Shown here: one piece after another, positions 53,316 through 64,000 of the stretch
Numbering within the stretch: the first letter of the stretch is position 1
How the letters are laid out: every line of letters begins with the position of its first letter
Source of the DNA: the human T2T-CHM13v2.0 reference genome, Homo sapiens
Reading direction: 5' to 3' (one strand)
Assembly: GCF_009914755.1 (NCBI RefSeq)
Contig: NC_060926.1
Length of the DNA: 64,000 bases
Notes under the pieces: generated by a model
Seen by the model: the letters and a program-made list of their open reading frames with translations, nothing else
The model's database searches: none
Told to the model about the DNA's origin: nothing
Program-made: the position numbers and the translations under genes

Positions 53316-53430
53316 GAAGCTCTATGCAGAACTGTGCCAAGGCATCGTGGACATAGCCATTTCCAGTGTCTTCCCACCCCCAGATGTGGAGCAACCTCAG
53401 ACCCAGCCAGCTGCCTTCATCAAGCTGTGA
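53316..53430 (+). CDS. TTL: TTL exon 7, coding part (115 nt incl. TGA)
   Basis: tcag| acceptor; [40 protein letters not shown]. Exon lengths sum to 1134 nt = 377 aa + stop. Confidence 0.97.
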
Positions 53431-55619
53431 CAGAGGGCACTCCCTGCTGCCTTGGAAAAAGCACGGGGTCCTGCTCCAGGGAATGGTGAAATGACTGGAT
53501 TGCTCTTTATCCAGCCCACAGCAGGGGAAAGAAAGGCAACTCGCAAAGATGAGATGGAAGAAGGCACGTGAGCAGAGGAGGCAGCTCCCAAAGAGAGGGC
53601 TGCTCAGGGGGCTTCCCAGGTGTAGCTCTCAGCAGTGCTGTTGAGACTTTTGAAAACAACTTTGGTACACAAAGGCAGCTTTGTGAGCAGAGCTCCTTCC
53701 CCTCTCCCCGGGAACGGCAGGGCACTGGGACCTCTGGTCGGTGCCTCCCACCCACTGCAGCCCTAGTGCCTTAGCTCCATGCCCGGCTGCAGCCCCACTG
53801 CTCTGGACTATGGATTGGACGTCAGAGCATATTGGAGGTTGCCTGTGTGTTCCCCACCCATCCCTTCGGTAACACTCTGCCACACTAAGCTCTGTACAAG
53901 CATGCACCAACAGTCCTTAGTTTTGTGCTGTGCACTGGCCTCTCGGCAAAGGTGGTTTCCCTCATCACCTTCCTGATGGTGTTTGGTCAGTCACCTGTCA
54001 GGGTTTGTGCGGGTTGGGCCCCAAAACAGCATATGCTGCTCTAAGTCTGCTCTCTGCATGTTTTAGAAACAAAGTGGCAAGTCTGCCCTGAACCTGTAAG
54101 CATCAAATAAGCATGAGAGAGAAAAAAACATGATATATTGCTTTACTTAATAGGTTGAATATGGTAGGTCTTTGAAAATATGATGATTCAATTTTCTCAA
54201 TTTTCTTTGCTTTAACCAAAATTCTAAATGCAGTTTTGCCTAGTTCCCTTTTTTTTTCTTTTTTTACTTTTTTTTAAACGTTTGTAAAAACCTCTTTGAG
54301 GATGAGGAGTCAGTAAAATTCCACTCCCCAAGTGGCCCTGCCCCAGACAAAGGTTGCTTTCCCCCTTTTTGTTCTTTTTATGCCCCGAAGCACTTTCTGC
54401 AGTAGCTAGAGGGACAGGTTTCCTTCCAGGAAGGATTCGAGTTCCTGTGCCTGTGGGTATTAGGAGAGTATATATCCTGCCTGAATGGGGAAGTCTTCTA
54501 AAATGGGAAAGAAGTGGTTTCATCTCCACACAGTGTCTTGTAAATCTCAACAAATGTGTACTGTTAGAAGTGGCTTCCGCTTACTGGATTAACTAATACT
54601 TTATAGGCTTTTCAGGAGGCCACATCACTAGCAGTAGGGAGAACAAGATGTCATTTGTGTTCAGTGTAAGCTGAGTAAACAGGCCCTTCCTAGAGTGTCC
54701 TGGAAATCACAGCAACCCATTGAAAACTGCCCTCCCCACCAGAACGTGCTACGTTCTTTCTTCATGCCTATGTGTGCTCCATTCCTCATTTCTACTTGGC
54801 TCAAGAAAACATTTCTGCAGTCAGGTGAGACTTTTACAAAAGAGGAGAAAATCAATGCCTCCTTGAACATGATGAGATGTGAGAACTTACAATGAAAAAG
54901 GCAATAATGATAGAAATTATTTCTTAGGTACAGCAATAGTTGATAGGATGTGAGGGTGTTACCTTGGGGTGAAGTGGAGAAGGTCCCAGGTGAATTGGCT
55001 CTCATGGAAATTTGGAATTACGAAATAAACGTCCTGGGGGTTACCCAGAATACAGATTTAAAAGTTTGCCTGTAGAGCAAAATAAAACAGTCAGTTGTAG
55101 TCATTAATCCTTGAGGCCCAACGCAGCCGATGGGTTGGTGTTTGGGAAATTCTGAGATGGGAGTGAGATCTGATCGGATCCTGGGAAGATGTATACCCAG
55201 TTAGAACGTGTAGGGTTCTGGGTCCCTGGCAAGTCTAGGTGGGCGGGTGACAGGGAAAGCATGGGCATTTTTGTATTGCTGTCACATGCTAACAGAGGTT
55301 TGTAATTATCTTTTGGACCCAAATTATAGAGACATTCACGAGTTTTCTAGCCCTCACAGTAACAGAGCTAAGAATTCAGATGTCAGGAAGTCTGTGAATC
55401 TTGATGGATTTTCTGAGAAACCTGACTCAATGGCATATATAAGAGGGAAGTAAGACTTTTAAGAAAAGAAAAAGTTATGCCTCATTCCTCATGTGGCTTC
55501 CAATAAGTATCTTAGGAACTTATTTCCTTTTTAAAAAATATTTTTTAAATTTTTAAAATTTGATTTTAAATTTCAAATAAATTTAAATAAATTTTAAATA
55601 AATTTTAAATAAAATTTTA

Positions 55620-55778
55620 CAGAGACGTGGTCTCACTATGTTGCCCAGGCTGGATTGCAGTGGCTATTCGCAGTTGTAATCATAGCACACTGCAGCCTCG
55701 AATTTCTGGGCTTGAGCAGTCCTCCCGTCTCAGCCTCCTGAGTAGCTGAGACTACAGGTGCACACCACCAAGCCTGGC
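55620..55778 (-). mobile_element. Alu monomer (FRAM/FAM-like) in 3' UTR
   Basis: Single arm with an expanded AT-rich tail at 55530-55618. Confidence 0.75.
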
Positions 55779-57117
55779 TTTATGTATTTATTTCTGTTCA
55801 TGCGGAATGATTGGTTCAGAACTGTTCCTTTCCCTTCCATGATGTCCTTGACACAGAAGGTTATGCCTGGCTCCCAGTCAGGCTTCATACTTTTGGTCCA
55901 TGTAAGTGCTACCCGTTGCTGGGGGAGGAGTCATGGTTTATTTGGAAATGTCAGTTGCAATCATGGTTCTGTCATTTGACTGCACAGTATCAGAGGAGCC
56001 TGTTAACCTCTCTGTGCCTTAGTTTCTTAGCCCATGAAAGAGATCATTGCCTGACCCAGGGACTACCTCAAGGGCTTTTGATGAGGACAAGTGACAGTAG
56101 GAAGATGCAAGAGCCTTTAGTACCAAGGTTCTCAACACTGACTACATGCTGGAATGACTGTGAAGCTTTTAAAAAATGTTAGTGCCCACTCTTCCCCTGT
56201 ACCCCCGGACAGTTAAATCAGAACCTCAGACAGCAATATGCCTTGAGATGCCTTGAACCATGCTTGAGAAGGAAGGACAAACACATTATTATCTTGGAAG
56301 AATTGCATAAGGCTTATGACTTAAAAAAAAAAATTCTTTTTGGAAACACAAGCATTTCTTTAAGGATGACCGGATGTTGCCGTATGTATTTATGGCACAA
56401 GCAGGTGTTGTCTAAGCAGTTTCTCTGTTTGCTTGTCATAGCAGCATTTGGAAACTCAAACATGCTTTCATTTACATAAATAGTTTATGAAGCTTTGACA
56501 ACAAATGTAAACAGACACGAAATTATAAATCTGCTAAATATGTATTAAGGGTATTAATTATTGAAAGTCCCTTTCCCCAAAACTCAACTCCTATGGCAAT
56601 TATGAACTCCATTTTACCAAGAACATTTAAGTGCCTCAGCATCTGTATGATATAGTGGAGCAGGTGCTGACATAGGTACCAGCTGACATGATGTGTCACT
56701 AGCTCTGTGGGATGATTGCCACATACATGGAACACCTGGGAGTGCTGGAAATGTACTGGGATCGAAGTGACAAAGTGTGTTTTCATTCACAGTGGAGGCT
56801 ACATCAAGCAAGGGGAGGTCCAGCCCTCTTGCAAGTGTGGTGAGAGGCTCTACTAGCAAAGACATGGGCACCGGAGTAGGTCCCGTGTAGCATGCGGGTG
56901 CTGTAGAGAAAATTCAGTGACGTACATGGCTCTGGTTCTGGACACAAAATCTGTACTGGAGAGGAAATGACTGCTGAAATAAGGCGATTGTATGAATATT
57001 TAAAATGCCTGGAACACTAAAGTAAAGTAATGATATTTCAAGTGTTTTTGTGCTCTTTGGTTCTTGTTGTAGGTATTGACTGTCCTGGGATATCACTGGT
57101 CATTTAAATTCACCATA

Positions 57118-57270
57118 TAATTAGCCGGGCATGGTGGCATGTGGTGGTGGCTGAGGTGGGAGGATCGCTTGAGGCTGAGGTGTGAGGCTGCAGTGAACCA
57201 TGTTCACACCACTGTACTCTAGCTTGAGCAACAGAGCAAGACCCTGTCTCAAAAGTAAATAAATAATAAA
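57118..57270 (+). mobile_element. AluJ right-arm/FRAM fragment
   Basis: Alu similarity; tail contains two AATAAA. Confidence 0.75.
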
Positions 57271-57298
57271 GTAAATATAAATCCATGATGCCGTTACT

Positions 57299-57479
57299 CA
57301 GGGGTAGACAGACTTTCTGTAAAAGGCCAGATAATAAATCTGCTAGGCTTTGCAAACCATGTAGGGCCTTTGTTGCATACTTTTTGTTTTTTTCTCCAAC
57401 TCTTAAAAAATAAAAAACTATTCTTAGCTCATAGGCCGTATAAAAGCAGGCCAGATGTGCAGTAATTTGCTGACCCCAG
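57299..57479. mobile_element. MER58-type hAT MITE
   Basis: caggggt...ttctgtaaaaggccagata...tttgctgacccc termini. Confidence 0.65.
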
Positions 57480-58131
57480 GATGTTACCCAATACATAAGC
57501 CAACAGATTGTCCTTCAAAACTGATGAGCTTCTCAGTGAAGCACTGAGACTATTTCAGCTGCCAAAGTCCCAGCCCATCGTTTCTTACGTGTCTTGTGTA
57601 TCGAGTTCTTGTAAAGCATTTCACCAAGGCCAGGTTTTTAAATACCTATAAACCTCACACACCTGAGATGCTTAGTCTTGTGGATAGAAAGAGTTTCATT
57701 AATGCAAATTGTTATTAACTTGTAACTTCTTGTGCAATAAGGCTGAATGCTTTGGACATCTTTCCTTTGTATGGCTGGCCTGCCTTCTGTGGCTGCTTCC
57801 ACTTCATAAATATACCTCTGGCACAGAGGAGGTTTCCATGCCAGAAGCCCTGTGTAGGCACTCCACTCCAAACAGGTTTCACATACACTATGACACATTC
57901 CCAGTGGACTCAGCAGAGATTGCATGGGCAGGGTGCAGGGTGCAGGGTGCAAGCAGACATGGATCCAGGCAGGCACCTACTTAGGACCCTGAGAGTGGAC
58001 AGGCCCAAAGCCTTTGGAAGACTTCTCTTAAAGACTGGTCCCACTTCCTGTCAGTAGCTACACCTCCTTCTTAACCTGAAGTTCTCCCATAACCCATATT
58101 TTAGAAGTGTTTTCCCCAAAGCATCCCTCCA

Positions 58132-58487
58132 TATCTTAGTCTATTTTGTATTGCCATAACAGAATGTTACAGAGAAGTGTATGTGGCTCACGGTTCTGGA
58201 GGATGAGAAGTCCAATATCAAGGGGCTATATCTGGTGAGGGCCTTCTTGCTGCCTCAGCATGGCAGAAGGCATCACATGGCAAGAGAGGAATGGAGTCTA
58301 ACTCACCCTTTAACTAGCAACCCATTCCTGTGATAACTAACCCACTCCTGGCATAACATCATTAATTTATTCATGAGGGTAGAGCTCTCGTGACCTAACC
58401 TCTTACAGGTCCCACCTCTCAACACTATTGCAGTAGAGATTAAGTTTCCAACACATTTACTTTGGGGAACACATTCAAACCATAGCA
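58132..58487. mobile_element. MST-family MaLR solo LTR
   Basis: Ends tatcttagtctattttg... and ...acattcaaaccatagca; internal ctggtgagggccttcttgctg. Confidence 0.75.
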
Positions 58488-58559
58488 GTCCCTGAAGGCA
58501 AAGGAAAATGAACCCCTCTCCAATGCAATACATAGTAGCAGAACTTGAAGATTGTTGCA

Positions 58560-63980
<5,421 letters not shown>

Positions 63981-64000
63981 GAGAAGGGGAAAAGAAAGAA

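Larger units (their letters stand above)
53431..57285 (+). other. TTL: TTL 3' UTR (end uncertain; may be shorter or extend further)
   Basis: Mostly unique sequence after the stop codon. Candidate AATAAA signals at 55024, 55081, ~55576-55613 and 57258/57265. Confidence 0.55.

Noticed and set aside
53419-53430. C-terminal IKL as a peroxisomal PTS1
   Set aside because: Ile at -3 does not fit the [SAC][KRH][LM] consensus, and TTL acts on cytosolic tubulin.

Overview
Human genomic DNA (it contains a human-specific L1HS-Ta element) holding the whole coding region of TTL, tubulin--tyrosine ligase, on the + strand. There is a CpG-island promoter, 7 coding exons (6984-53430; 1134 nt; 377 aa; all introns GT-AG with consistent phases) and a long 3' UTR/downstream region. 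Most of the rest is transposon-derived: about 50 Alus, old L1M/L2/MIR, MaLR/ERVL LTRs and a near full-length hAT (Charlie5/MER33-type) fossil. The most notable element is a full-length antisense L1HS Ta-1nd in intron 5. It sits inside an Alu with a 16-bp TSD, carries a 127-bp 3' transduction, and has intact ORF1 and ORF0 but a doubly frameshifted ORF2. Its antisense promoter points along TTL, and the second ORF0 splice donor is in frame with TTL exon 6, predicting a 149-aa ORF0-TTL fusion. Also seen: an apparent D33V substitution in TTL, a tailless U2 retrocopy with TSD, a templated insertion in an Alu, and two direct-orientation L1s bracketing the in-frame catalytic exon 6. Repeat subfamily calls and boundaries are by eye and approximate. 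Most ORF-track entries are Alu/L1/GC-rich artefacts.
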